A stretch of DNA of 60,695 nucleotides, counting the filler, from Globobulimina sp. (taxonomy: Eukaryota): assembly GCA_003354225.1 (NCBI GenBank). It is 15 parts of 15 records of this genome, joined end to end, with 100 filler letters (N's around TTAATTAATTAA, not from the genome) between each part and the next. Parts side by side here need not be neighbours in the genome. Positions count along the whole stretch, not along the records: positions 24,347 to 28,299 come from PIVH01001833.1; positions 28,400 to 32,351 come from PIVH01001834.1; positions 32,452 to 36,402 come from PIVH01001835.1; positions 36,503 to 40,453 come from PIVH01001836.1; 11 more parts are not named here. The stretch is one strand, 5' to 3'. Shown in pieces: positions 24,987 through 38,493 of this stretch. The translations under genes and the position numbers were made by a program. The notes beneath the pieces are model-generated. The model searched no databases, was not told the DNA's origin, and saw only the letters and a program-made list of their open reading frames with translations. Numbering within the stretch: the stretch's first letter is position 1; the number at the start of each line of letters is the position of its first letter.

Positions 24987-26852
24987 ATGAGAGCTTTACA
25001 ATGGTTGAAAGACACTGTTTCTCCCATTTATCGCAATGAGAAAAGATTGAAGAAAGTTGTCATATCAACCAGCGTCATCTACATTGGATTTCAGATATTA
25101 AAGAAACTATATTTTAATTATTATGACAGAGTGGAATATACCACATTAAAAGACATTATATCAAAACAGACAAAATACGATTTTATTATTGTTGGAAGTG
25201 GCAGTTCAGGCTCATGTGTGGCTGGATTATTAACCAGAGATCACAGAAAACCAAAAGTATTATTAATCGAAGCAGGTCCGCCTGATATTTATCATCCATT
25301 CTCAAATGCGGTAATTCCATTTTTTGGTTCAAGAAACCGTGGAGGTGATAAAGACTGGCAATATGATTTGCAACCATTCAAAAACAAGAAATTGCACCAT
25401 TGGCCTCAGGGAAAAGTGATGGGCGGAACCTCTTTATTCAATGCCATGGTTTATGTCCGCGGCAACAAACATGATTATGATGAATGGGATGACAAATATA
25501 AATGTAAAGGGTGGAGTTATAAAGATGTTCTACCAATTTTCAAATCGTTTGAAAAGTGTTTATTCGAAAATAAAACTAATATTAATGTGAGAGGTTATAA
25601 TGGTTTGCAGAAAATATCCAAACTGCCTGAAAACAAACAGCATAAATTAGCAAAGTTGTTTGTGTCCGCTGCAATGAATGCTGGCTATGAATTGAACGAT
25701 GATTATAATGGGATGGATCAAGACGGCGTTAATTATACACAACATAATATTGACGAAAACGGGCGGCGATTAACTAGTTTCCGAGCGTTTGTTGCTACTT
25801 TGTTTGAAGAAAGAAATAAATATTCAAATATTGATATTTTAGCCAATGCCCAAGTGACACAAATATTGTGTAAAAAGAATATGAATACAGGGCAAAATGT
25901 CGCAGTTGGGGTGGAAATTGGATGTAATCCGTCACAGCGTATATTTATTAGTGATGAATGTGGAGAAATAATAGTAAGTGCAGGAACTGTGGGCTCTCCG
26001 CATTTATTATTATTGTCAGGAATTGGCGACAAACAACAATTAAATGAACATAAAATCGAATGTGTTTCTCATATTGCTGGCGTTGGACGTAATTTACGTG
26101 ATCATTTTAAGCAATCTGTATATTGTTCAGTGCCTCACACACAAATACCAAAACTGTCAAACATTTATAATTATTTTGCATATTTTTGGCATGCAAAAGG
26201 AGTGTTTTCTAGCATTGGTATTGATGCGCAAATATTTACTAAATCGTGCGTAGCGAAGCGAAATAAATTAAAAACTAATGATTTGCAAATTGTCGCTTCG
26301 TGTATAGCTCGGCATAAAAATGAATGTACCAATGTCCAATCCGAAATGGAAGCGAGTACTCCATATACTTATCAATTTGCTGTTGGTGCAGATGTAGTGC
26401 GACCACAATCCGTCGGATACGTTCGATTAAAATCAAATGATCCTTTTACAGATCCAGAGATTCAACCAAATTATTTATCTCATAAACAAGATTTAGAAAT
26501 ATGTGTTGATGGTATAATTGAAGCAGCGAACATATTGCAACAAGAACCTTTTAAGTCATTGGGGTTTAAACTCATCGAATATGAACGATTTGATACAGTG
26601 AAAGAATATGCACAATATATTACCCAACAACAATTATTAACGTTATATCATGGAGTTGGTACATGCAAAATGGGTGATATCGAGGGTGATATATTTGCAG
26701 TTTGCGATGAAAGATTAAAAGTCAAATCATTTGCAAATTTGAGAGTGGTGGATGCTTCAATTGCTCCTGATTTGGTGGCTGGCAATGTACAAGGAATGTG
26801 TTTTATGATTGGTTGTAAAGGCGCCAAAATGGTTTTGGAAGATTGGAACTGA
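24987..26852 (+). CDS. GMC oxidoreductase (choline/glucose dehydrogenase-like)
   Basis: Motifs YDFIIVGSGSSG, LLIEAG, GKVMGGTSLFNAMVYVRG, SAGTVGSPHLLLLSGIG, YHGVGTCKMG and LRVVDAS..GN. Confidence 0.95.
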   Translation: MRALQWLKDTVSPIYRNEKRLKKVVISTSVIYIGFQILKKLYFNYYDRVEYTTLKDIISKQTKYDFIIVGSGSSGSCVAGLLTRDHRKPKVLLIEAGPPDIYHPFSNAVIPFFGSRNRGGDKDWQYDLQPFKNKKLHHWPQGKVMGGTSLFNAMVYVRGNKHDYDEWDDKYKCKGWSYKDVLPIFKSFEKCLFENKTNINVRGYNGLQKISKLPENKQHKLAKLFVSAAMNAGYELNDDYNGMDQDGVNYTQHNIDENGRRLTSFRAFVATLFEERNKYSNIDILANAQVTQILCKKNMNTGQNVAVGVEIGCNPSQRIFISDECGEIIVSAGTVGSPHLLLLSGIGDKQQLNEHKIECVSHIAGVGRNLRDHFKQSVYCSVPHTQIPKLSNIYNYFAYFWHAKGVFSSIGIDAQIFTKSCVAKRNKLKTNDLQIVASCIARHKNECTNVQSEMEASTPYTYQFAVGADVVRPQSVGYVRLKSNDPFTDPEIQPNYLSHKQDLEICVDGIIEAANILQQEPFKSLGFKLIEYERFDTVKEYAQYITQQQLLTLYHGVGTCKMGDIEGDIFAVCDERLKVKSFANLRVVDASIAPDLVAGNVQGMCFMIGCKGAKMVLEDWN

Positions 26853-26922
26853 AACAGTGATATTGTATATATATATATATCCTTGCACTTAAGCTTGTAA
26901 CTTTAACTAAGAAAACTCTGCA

Positions 26923-28299
26923 GTGATGGGACTACAATACTCCTCCATCGTCGCGATAACGTATTTTTCAATAAATGTAGCATTTATGGTTGGTTTAGGA
27001 GTCTATGTCTACAAAGCAGGCAGTCATGCGTTGAAATCGAAATCGTATCTCAAAGACGTATGGAGTGAGAGGAAGATTTTAGGCCCTCTTATTATCCATT
27101 TTTATGTATGTTATCTTTCCTAAAAACCACATATCTTATTCGCAATTTCGCAAATTAAATGACACATAAATGGGAAGGATACGGCAACAGACATTGGAGT
27201 CATTTATAACTGGGCCGAATTGATGAAGGAAGAGAAGACAACAAATTTCGAGACACTTGATATGGAGACATTCTTTTGGTGCGGCATTGCGTTTCTTATT
27301 GTTTATAGAGTTATATTATTGGGGTTGGCATTGTATGAATGGCTTACAGAAGATGGTGACGGGGAGTGGTATCATGTTCTATTGGTATTGTTGGATTTGT
27401 ATATTTTTGTGGTGGTTTATGAGTCCTTCAATAAGGCACAAGATATTATCACAGACAATGCAGCAAAGAGAGCAAAAAATAAAAAGAAAAAGAAAGAAAA
27501 AGCAATTGCAATGCAACAACAAGTAATTATAAGCAAATCCATTGAAGCTGGGACAATCACGAAGGACCAAACACAGATAATTCAAACTGATTTACGTATA
27601 CAGGAAATGGAAGAGATTGAACCTGCAGACAGGCAGGTACTAAGTTCATATTCTATTAAATGGCAGGATATATAAATACATATTATATACCATAACACTC
27701 AGAAATGGGTGCAATTATTTGAAGCTGTCACAGAGAGTATGCCGCAAATTATTCTCCAATCAGTATTCGTGTTGAGATCCCAAAATGATCCGTTTCTAAG
27801 GGAAAGTGGAGCTAATTTTAGTTTAATAATGTTTAGCGTCTTAGCGAGTTTATTTAGTATTTCCAGTAAATATGCATTTATGGATAAACAGAGTGTTGAT
27901 GAAAGGGCCAAATCGTTAAAACCTAGAGAAAGATTTCCAGATTGTATTAATTATTGGTTTTTAGTGCGTGTTGCCTGGCGATTAGCTCATATTTTGGCTA
28001 AATTCACTGTGTTTACTCTTATTTGGACTGTATTGGTGGAGCATGGTTGCCGATGTGGGCTGGGTTAGTCTTTATAGTTTGGTGGGTGGTGCTTATTCTG
28101 TCGGATGTGGACACAGTAGTTCAGTGTGCTGGTTTTGCCATAATGTCTCTTGTTGCAATTCCAGCGATCGTAAAGAAATATCGAATGCATTTTGTATTGA
28201 AATGGATAGAAACAACGATTGGATTGATATTAATTACAATATTTGGAACAATTCAATTTGATTGCGGTATATGTCATGATTCAGGAACACGAATGATAT
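26923..28299 (+). CDS. Multi-pass membrane protein, XK-related-like; introns 27106-27177 and 27637-27702; frameshift near 28036; 3'-truncated
   Basis: Spliced HFY|DTATDI and motif EAVTESMPQIILQS (XK-like ES.PQ..LQ). Many TM helices. One G is missing at TTG-GTG-GAG relative to TVLGGAW. Confidence 0.65.
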
Positions 28300-28399
28300 N
28301 NNNNNNNNNNNNNNNNNNNNNNNNNNNNNNNNNNNNNNNNNNNTTAATTAATTAANNNNNNNNNNNNNNNNNNNNNNNNNNNNNNNNNNNNNNNNNNNN

Positions 28400-28524
28400 G
28401 ATTTATTCATTGCTCCAATTGTACCTGTACTGTTCCATAAGGCAATGGTCAATCCACCAATAGATACGTCGCTGGCATAGACACGGTAAAGAGTGCAGAG
28501 GGTGGTTATAATGAAGAAGTTCAT
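28400..28524 (-). CDS. N-terminus of a secreted protein (truncated)
   Basis: MNFFIITTLCTLYRVYA looks like a signal peptide and the frame is open to the contig edge. Confidence 0.4.
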
Positions 28525-28650
28525 ATTGGTAATTGATTTGGGTGTAGGAAATATGTTAAAGTCAATAGAATACAATTTAAACTTGCGTCCAATTAATTAT
28601 TGTAAAACTAAATTAGTGTTTTTGACTGAGTCAGTTCTAGAGTCGTCATA

Positions 28651-31600
28651 ATGGCTGCTACAAACCCAACTCTTCAGAAGGTTTCTCAGATAGGTTTATT
28701 TATCGTTTTACTGTAATATTAATACATATATTTATTTTACGCACAGTTCAAACACGAACATTACGAACTGCAAAAAGAGCATCAACATCAAATGAAAGAA
28801 ATGGAAAAGTTGCGCAAGGAATTGGCAGTAATGAAGGAAGAAAATGAGAGATTAAAGCAAAAATTGCCAGAAACACAACGTGAAGCATTGACGGCACAGT
28901 TTTGGCAGGAGATCACCAGGAAAGTGAGGGAGGACAATATTGATTTTATCAAACAGTTAGTAAATAAGAAGAAATTGGATATGATGGACACCGATTCCAA
29001 GGGACAGACTCTGTTAATATTGGCTGCGAGAACTGGCTGCTATGAGCTGGTCCAATTATGTCTCAATTTGGACGCAGACATTAATGTCACTGATAAAGCG
29101 GGCAAAACTGCATTGGATCATTGCCGGTTAGGCGCATGGACTCATATTGAACGGCTATTGATATTTAGCAAAATGAAGGCCAATGTCGGAGACTCCATAC
29201 TTATCTCCGCCAATACCATGAACCGACAAAAGGGAGTCATCGAAAATATTGTCAACCAATTAAAGCATTACACGAAATCAAAGAAAATATTCAAAGACAC
29301 CGTAATCGATTTAATGATTGGAATAATTGAGAATAAATTGGCATTTTCCGATGATTTACTGAACTTAGCCTGGGAGTTTGCGTGCGGTGACACTTTAAAT
29401 TTGGCTCCAAATCAGAACAAAGCAAATGACACAGTTTCCAATCCATTGTCGACCAAATTATGGAAATCCATCCAAAAAACATGCAAAAATGTGATTGAAA
29501 ATGGCAACAAAAGAGATTGGTTTTGGTTCAAACAATTTATTGTTCCGTCCACCATTTGGTTTAAAGATATTTCTGCATTTGGCAGGTTCGAGGATGAATT
29601 GCTTCGAATTGATGCAGATGCGGACGATGACATTTTGCAAAGTAATTATGATGTTACTGATTCTAAAATGGATGCCATTGAAACAAAACAGAATGACAAT
29701 GCTGATTATGTATATTACCAATTATTAAAATTAGTGGACAACGAAGCAAAGACTGACTTGCAAGAATTGGAAAATAATTTGAATCAATCCGTGCAACAAC
29801 AACCTGATAATTGGGACAAATTAGTTCATTGGGATTTGGATTTAAGTGATGTTGTTTCAGATGGCATTGTGAGACAAGACAGAGTCGCAAATGGCATCCC
29901 ATTGAAACATACGTTTGAAGAGCTAACAAAATGTGGTGTTTCTGGCACCAAATTCAACACGCATTCGCATTATGATTTGAATCAATATTTGCCTGAATTG
30001 GTGTTATTAGCCCATATCGTTGATGATGCATTTCAGCACAGTGTTTGTGGCATATTTGAGATTGACAAAGCAACGAACAACGGACTTATACTGAAAATGG
30101 ATGATTCTGACGAGAAAGCTGAGGCCGCAGAGGTAAAATATATGAGAGGTCCGGTTAAATTGATGGAGAGAGCTCGGGCGAAGGCGGAAAATGATTATTG
30201 TAATGGTGAGTATCCGACGTCTGCGTTGGTGCTGGATTTGAATCGATGTGCTTTGGTGTTTGGTGATATTAATTCATTGTTGATGGGCTTACATATGTTT
30301 GTCAACAAAATCAAATATTATCAGTCCGGCAATATCATTGGAATAATGAGGGTAAAGAATGGCTTCATAGAATATGCCAAAGAGACACAATATGCTGACA
30401 TCAAATTGAATGTTTTAATTAAAGGGCCTCGTTCCAATTTGGTGGGAGAGGTTCAATTTTTATTGGACACAATGTTGAGTTTCAAGAAGAAGGCCCATAA
30501 TTTATATGCAGTGCAGCGGCAAGAAGAATATATGCAATCCTCAGTTAAACAAATATTGCCATTGCTGTTAAATGATAAAAAGGAATTATTTGTGGCTGGC
30601 AATGCCGGCGATATTAAGTCTTTGTGTCGCTTAATGGTTTTGAATAATAAAACTGACGTCGATTTGATGCAAATTGATGAAGAAAGCCAAGAAACGATAT
30701 TGACAAACATTTGCGCTTTGAATCATGTCAAAACATTGAAGTTCTTAACTGATAAAAATATCATACGGCGGGAGCTATTCATTGAGAGATTATTCCATTC
30801 GAATCGGTATAATTCCACTCCGATTGAAGCTGCCTTACATCGTGGGTCTATTATGATGATTGGGGCAATATTTGCGATGTCAGAGGTTATCAAAAAATAT
30901 CAAACCGACGATTGTCAATTATATCGACTGTTGCTTACAATGTACAGACCATTCAATTACAATGAACAGCGGCAAAACATTAATCTGTATATATTGAGTA
31001 AACTGAACCTATCCACAGAAATATTGACTAAAATGATGAGTTTCGAATATCCGAAGAATAGAGACATTGGAAAACAAGAAAAGTCGGCAAATAAATTTTT
31101 AAATGGAATGTTAATGAGTAACATTGCATTGACCGGTCACTTAAATGCTGTCTTATATTTTGCAAAGCGAGTCGGAGAGAAAGTTTTTATGGATGATATT
31201 TTCAATAAAACTGATTTTTTAAATGTAACCTCGTTTAGTTATTGCATTCTGGAACAAGGCCGAAAGAATAAACGAAGAGATTTGATGAGTGTTATAACGT
31301 ATTTCTTATCGCATCCATTTGTTATTAGCTCCATTCAACAAAATATGAATACTTTATTTCGTATTGTTTTCTGTATTTTTGTCTGCCATCAAACGGATAT
31401 ATTTGGATATATTATCAATGCATTAGAGTTGGATAAAAATGATAAACTTTTAAAAGTGTTGCAATTTGAAGGAGATATGGGATATAATAACACCAGTCAA
31501 ACAAAGGTAAAATTAAAAGTATTATCCAAGACATATGACGAGAAATTGATGGTAATTGCAATGAAAAACAATCATATCGATGCTTGTAAGCAAATGATGG

Positions 31601-32351
31601 AAATAATCGGCGACAAAGGATTTGTAGATTTGTTATTTGAATCGAATAAATACAATGTGAATGCGTGGGAGTGTGCAATCTGGAAATCGTCATTGGAAAT
31701 GGTTGAGTGGTTATTAAGTATAGAATTACTTAAACAATACATATTGAATTCGAATGGCAATGGAAAGGGAAAAGAGATCTTATTTCGAACAATATTTTGG
31801 TGTTTGAGCAGATTCCGTGAGAATATATTTGATTTAATTAAGAAAGAATTACAAATAACGGATAAAATATTGACACAATTATTATCGTATCGACCTCGCA
31901 AACCAGGCGTTGGTACATTTGATGTTCGAGCAAAGAAATATTGGGACAAAGGATTGATTGTAGTCGCATTGACTAGCTATGATATTATAATTGTACAGCA
32001 ATTGGTTGATATGGTAAATCCAATCGATTTTGCAAAACAAGTATTTGCGCCAAATCGGAATAATTTAACTGTTTTGGAATTCTTAATACAAAAATGTAAG
32101 TTTGAAATGGTGAAATTTGTGATAAAATTGGAAGCCGTGCAAAATATATTGATGCAGAATGATGAGTATTTGTTTCGAATTATTTATTGGATGTTTCGCA
32201 AATACAATGCAAACATATTTGATTTAATTGTGGAATCATTAACTTTTATAAACAAAGATAGGTTGGTTAAATTATTGGATTTCAAAGCAAATAATAAGAC
32301 TCATGATGAGATGAAGACAAATGATGAGAATGATAAACAAATATCCGTTGA
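28651..32351 (+). CDS. Ankyrin-repeat protein with RelA/SpoT-like nucleotidyltransferase domain, 3'-truncated; intron 28681-28746
   Basis: Exon 1 MAATNPTLQK|FKHEH. Ankyrin motifs GQTLLILAARTG and GKTALD. Central motifs GPVK..RARAK..DY, LDLNR, RVKNGF, YADIKLNV and GEVQF. Degenerate ankyrin-like repeats follow. Confidence 0.75.
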
Positions 32352-32451
32352 NNNNNNNNNNNNNNNNNNNNNNNNNNNNNNNNNNNNNNNNNNNNTTAAT
32401 TAATTAANNNNNNNNNNNNNNNNNNNNNNNNNNNNNNNNNNNNNNNNNNNN

Positions 32452-35400
32452 GAGGCAAATGATGAATGCGCTGAATGATAGTTACTCGCAGTGGAAGTGT
32501 GAGAGGGAGCGCGAGAAGGAAAACATTGACAGCAGCAATATGGATAATCGCAGTGTCAGCGTCTCATCGCATATCAGTGGCTGTAATGTGTTTAAGTTGC
32601 CGTTCCCGTGGGACTCTGCCACACATTTGACGCAGTTCCTGTATATTTGCGAGAAGTTGGCGTGCTTTTATTATCACGAATATCGGTCTAAGAAATGGAT
32701 TGACAAAATCATCGATGCTTTCTATAGAAATATCATCAATTTCCCCACGGTATGCTCGCCTTTGCCTGTTTTTGTTTTGTTTTTTATGTTTCTTGTTCTG
32801 TCCAGGAACATATTCGTACATTAAACGATGTCGACGCAATGTACTACCAAAACTATACCCGGCAGTACGCCGCAAACTCATTAAATCATATCATGACATT
32901 ATTCAATAAGATCATATGCACCGTGTACGAGGACAATGGCATTGATTACGAATATGTCGGTGAGGAATATGATGTGTTGCACGATGGCAATCGTATCATG
33001 GACATTACCTTTTTGTCCATCTACATGAAACAGATCGGAAACAGTAATGTTGAGACACAGCTGCGTGGTTTGAACAAAATCTATGACATTCTGAAGAAGA
33101 TCCAATCCCGCTGTAACCGCGAGAGACGTTATAATAATTGCAATGGAGACTCGCCTTATGACAAATTCGATGACGGCATCACTTCGTGCGGCAGCAGCGG
33201 CAGTAACAATAATAAGAATTATTATAATTTCAATTACTTACAACATAAATGGTTATCGGAGCCGCGTTTGGCAGAATATCTGACGCGCCAAGGTTTCATT
33301 GCATTGTTATTTGAGCGTGACTCTCATAACAAAATCCTAGAACGCTCTGGGAATATTATACAATTTCTGGCGGAGCAGCAACGAATCAATCAAAAGGATT
33401 TGCAGTTAATTTGGACGCGCTGTCAAGATAAACATGAGTCGCAATCGGATGCGTATTATAAATTAATCAAAACGTTAGCACTGTCATTGGATGCACATAA
33501 TATTCAATTTCTGTTGCAAATTATTACCGAAACAGACAAACAGGAACGGAATAAGGATTATGTTAATATTATTTATACCATTACTAAGTATGCCGCACAA
33601 AAGAGATTTAAACTCCGTTGTAAAGCGTTAGCAAAACAGACGCAAATCAATATTAATAACAATAATATTCCACACCCACAACGGGAAACTTATTGGTTCG
33701 GATTACGCAATTTATGGGACATTTCCTTGGATGATAACTTTGCAGAGTCGGGTTTGCAAGGCCAAGCGCAAGGTTTTGTGGTGGAATTGCTATCGCATCA
33801 ATGCTTTGAGTCGCAGATTGAGATATATTTAATGAAATGCGTCAAATTATTACAACATAACCCTCAGCATACTGTGAAAGCATTGCGCTTCTTTAAAACC
33901 ATCAGTATACGACATATATGGAGTAATACCTACAATAAAAGTGGTATACAGCAGCAATACAATGCTGAATTGGTCAAATCTATCGCTAAAAAGCATAACT
34001 TATTACAGTTGGTATTTGACGATTTACGCAGCGATTTTTCGCAGCAAAATCATAACCGCACCGACAGTAATACGCAGAATCAGATACAGCATTTAATACA
34101 AACCCAGTTTACTATCGGTGCCAAGCATGAATCCTTGCGGGAGAGATTAGTATTTATTGATTTTTTGCTACGCTTTGCAGATGGTACCATTGCTCAGGAA
34201 CAAGTGAAGGAATTATGGGAATTAGTTGTCTGTAATCCAGGCTTAGGTAAGTTATTGAAAGGCGATGGTTTGGATTTCTTCTGTGATGCTATTGACCCTC
34301 AAAAACAAGAAAAACATTTTTATGATGCATTTTGCGGTCAGAGCAACGTGCCTCAAATGCATATGTCGCGGCCATACAACGCGGCATTTACTGATGATAT
34401 CACCCATTATGTTGGCAATCATTTGTGTAACACTTTAGATGCAAAATTAATGACTATTAAACATTTTAATTTACGCAAAGCTTATTTTTACCGCATCGGC
34501 GTATTGGATGGTGTATATAAATTAGTTTCGACGCATTATTATCTGACCGATGCGAACCGATTAGACATTGATTGGTTATGGAACATTGTCTTTGACGCAG
34601 TCAATTGTAATGTGTCCAGTGCTGCTCAGTTGTTAATAAAAGATGTGTACACATTGATTGACAGTGGCACCGGTATCAACATCTCGTTACTATATGAAAC
34701 CTTTGTGGATAAATGTATGACGCACGCACATAATGCCACGCGTCCCTCCACGCCACAGAACAACATTGCTGACAGTAACGGCGATGTATGCATGCACGCC
34801 CAAGCGATGCAAGCCAGGCAACTGCAATCTGCTCCAAATACAAATTTGATGGCGCAACATTTACAATCGTTATTAAATGCAAATAACAACACACAAAATG
34901 CAGAACAAGCCAACAGAAAGACCATTAAACGCTGTTTTAGTTTATTACGAATGGCGATCGATCATTTTGGCGGGAAACGGCATGGTAATCTCATCCATAT
35001 CGACCTGGTGTTTGTCAATATTAACATTTCCGGTCTGCACAAAGACAACAAACGCGTCAAGATCCAAATGGGAGAGTTACAAACCTGTAGAGAACTATTT
35101 GTACGCTGTCAACAAGAAGTTGCGAACCGGTGTACAGACCCAAGCAAAACCTACACAATCAAAGGCTTAATCAAATGTGGCAAACGCATCGATCAGGACC
35201 ACACCACCTTGGCGGATGAATTCACTTTTGAGAAACCTAAAGAGGTCAATGTAGTGTACACCATTGCCGACAGGGCTATGCATCCAGAACACTCCTGCAA
35301 TGAACAAAAGACAATGTCCAATCCCAGACCGCAAGCGCCACCGCCCCTTGTCATCAAACCGCCGTTGCAATTGGCGCCAACATTGCCCTTCGACTCACCC

Positions 35401-36402
35401 ATCCCTTCCGGTGCCGCACCGGAACAAACTGCGCACTTTCCCACTATGACCGGTTTGCGTGGCTCGGTGCTGGACTCAACGTACACGCCGAACACACCTG
35501 ATCCAGAAAGCAGCAGTAATCCGCCCATGGCCATTGGCGGAGTGGATGTGGACATTGAAGCCATGAGCAATGACGCCAGCATTATACAGCAACAGAAACA
35601 GTTAGAATTAAGCATTCGATATCGGTCCAATAGCTGCAGCACCGTAGGTATGTCTGATGCGAATAACAGAGAGCATGGTCCTTCTCCGCCGCCCCCGCCC
35701 TCCGTAGAGAAGCAGAACGGTACTTATCCAGTCACCCCGCGGCAGAATAGGAAACCGCCATACTTTGGACCGCAAAATAGGAAGCCGGAGAAAATGAAAC
35801 AATTAACTTTGACCTCAATGTACAAAGCCGGCGCTGCTGACTGTAAACAATGTAAAGCTGCACCGCTCGCTGTGACGGCACCGCTGCCGGCAGCTACTGC
35901 GAAAAACAGTGATTACAGTGATTTCACAACGGGTGGATTGACGCGAGTGGATTCTATGTTGGGTACTATGGACATGGAAGTTAATAATGTGTCGCCGGTG
36001 CATCCATCTGATATATTGTCCAAAGCGAAATATTTTAATCAATTGTTTGCGTTCTTGGCGTATCCGCATGACATTGCCTGCGAAGCCTGGGAGATACTTC
36101 GCAAATTACCGCTGAATCGAGATAAGAAAATGTGTGTGAAGGATTTTGATAGCGGTTGGAACAAAATGTTTGATTTGCAACAAGATGGCAGTGTACTGAT
36201 GGCGCGCTACGGGTTGGATATCTTAGCGAAATTGACTCGGAATGATGTCAAGATGTATAAACAAAGCAAATGTAAACTGATGCAGTTGGACGATTCAGTG
36301 CAGAAAAAGGAGCTGCTGTGCACTCGATGGATTGTACAATTTATACGCAGACATGGTTTAGTTTTAGTATTACAATTATTAATTTCCATCAATGTACAGG
36401 TA
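32452..36402 (+). CDS. USP9X/USP24/USP34-like deubiquitinase, N-terminal helical + UBL-like region (partial), intron 32750-32805
   Basis: Motifs QLRGLNKI, WL..LAEYL, LF..DSH..ILERS..IIQFL, LIW....KHES, a UBL-like LIKCGKRI..TLAD, and PSDILS..YFNQLF..AWEILRKLP. The catalytic domain is not in the contig. Confidence 0.75.
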
Positions 36403-36514
36403 NNNNNNNNNNNNNNNNNNNNNNNNNNNNNNNNNNNNNNNNNNNNTTAATTAATTAANNNNNNNNNNNNNNNNNNNNNNNNNNNNNNNNNNNNNNNNNN
36501 NNCGACTATCAATA

Positions 36515-37103
36515 ATGCCAAGAAAGCAAAAACAACCAGAAAAGAAAAAGGCAGAAGAAAGGCAAAAAGGGAAAGGGAAACGAAGAAAGCAACCGAAAAG
36601 AATAAAATTTAAATCATGGATTGTGTCCCGAAGGAGAGCCAGAGCAAAAAGAGGACCATGGAAAGGTGTCTTTAGAGATCCTGTAAAGTTAAATTAAATT
36701 AAATGTTTGCCATCCTATCATTGGAATGATCATCAAAACATTTATGATTATTAAATAATTGCATGACCAAATAAATAGATTGTATTTGCGCGGCGTAGTG
36801 ATGGGATATCGGCGATCGCGGTTAAATATTCATCCAAATAGATCATTAATAAAAATAGAAGATGTAAAATCAAAAAAAGACGCACAATATTACTTAGGTC
36901 ATCGCGTATTGTATATTTATAGAGCGCCAACAAAAAAAGACCCACGAACTGGCAAAGCTATGTTAAGAGTGATGGCTGGCAAAGTTACGGGCACCCACGG
37001 CAATAATGGCACTGTTCGCTGTCGATTTACTCCAAATTTACCGCCCAGAGCTCATGGCAAAAGAGTGCGAGTTATGATGTGGCCGCACAGAGCACCAAAT
37101 TGA
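36515..37103 (+). CDS. RPL35A: 60S ribosomal protein L35a (eL33) with basic N-terminal extension, intron 36688-36778
   Basis: Spliced PVK|LYLRGVVMGYRRS, plus YYLGHRVLYIYRA and GKVTGTHGNNGTVRCRFTPNLPP..VRVMMWP. Confidence 0.95.
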
Positions 37104-37225
37104 TGACATTGTGTTTTTGATAATGACATAGAGTGAGTTTTATAATTTATATCCTTGCACACAAATCAATTAATGTTAATTAACGAAAGCAATCAATCAA
37201 TAAATAAACTAAAAGAAAAACGTTT

Positions 37226-38171
37226 CTATGTTTTGTGATATCCGTAATTAAAATGCAACAAACTCTGAATTAAACTGAAATGACACAGCATTGAAATAAT
37301 ATATAATATGATAATAATTGGTAACGGATATAACAATTTTTCCGATTGTTGAATGATTGGAAGTGCTGTGGAAGTGATGTGATGTGTGTAATGTGATGAT
37401 GTGTGTGGTGTAAAAACAAAAGACATACCATCATATCCTAAGAATGTCACATAAAAATAAGCAATAACAGCAGTTAAATATATTGAGTTGCCCAATATTA
37501 AGGAGAATAATGATTGTCGTAATAAAATAGGAGTCAGTATTAACACCGTAACATTACTAATTATAAAATAAATGAAATAGGAATTGCAGTGCACATCGAA
37601 TGAATATAGCCATTCAACTTTATTTCCATCATTATTGCCAATGATATTATACTTGTAATTGTTTGATCCTTTTTGTTCTTGTTGGTTATTTGCGGAATTT
37701 ATTGATAAATATTTGTTTGCAATAAACCAAAATGATGAGGCTAACAACGTTGTCATTAATAAAAAATCAAAAAATACAGACTCAACAAAAACAGCCACAA
37801 AATTCCAAAACGAACGATGACCAAAACAGAATGTATAAATAATGTTTGATATCGTCATTAAACATAATAAAAGAACAATAAATGCAGGGTCGTCGCGCGC
37901 AAATTGCCCCCTGATCAGTTGACGGGTTTTAGTTGAATTATATCTGTTTAATGTCAGAACAAATGAAATAATGTTAGTAATATATTGAGACATTGAGGCA
38001 TTGGCAGACATACACGCGAGATGGTGATACCAATAAACGACTCATTTGCCATAACGCGTATTGAAAATCCATCTGGGAGATATTCAGTATTCTACTTAGA
38101 TATTCCCCAACTGTCGATGATGATGAATGGTTCAAAAATGTTGAATAAAAGCGACCTGAAGAACGCATCAT
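37226..38171 (-). CDS. UNC50: UNC-50 / GMH1 Golgi membrane protein, introns 37944-38013 and 37366-37428
   Basis: Motifs QMDFQYALWQM, QFARDDPAF, VEWLYSFDVHCNSYF and TFLGYD|ALP. Confidence 0.95.
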
Positions 38172-38493
38172 ACTCACTACTGACTGCTCAACTAAGGTAG
38201 AACTGAAACGGTTTTTTAATCATACGGTTATGTTGCTATTTATGGCAATGGTCCTTCCTGAATGATGTTGGTGTTAGTTATAAACTGTTTCTTTTCTTGC
38301 GTTTAATGTTTACATTCGACAAAGTACAATCTTTTCTATTTTTAGAGTTTTAATAGTTGCAAAGTTAAGCTACGACAATACTTCTTTGACAGTATAGCAG
38401 GTTTAACAATTAATGTCTTTTCAATGACCAAATGCAAGAGAAATAATGAAGAAACAAATCACAATTTGTTTATTTTGCTTATATATAAGTCAT

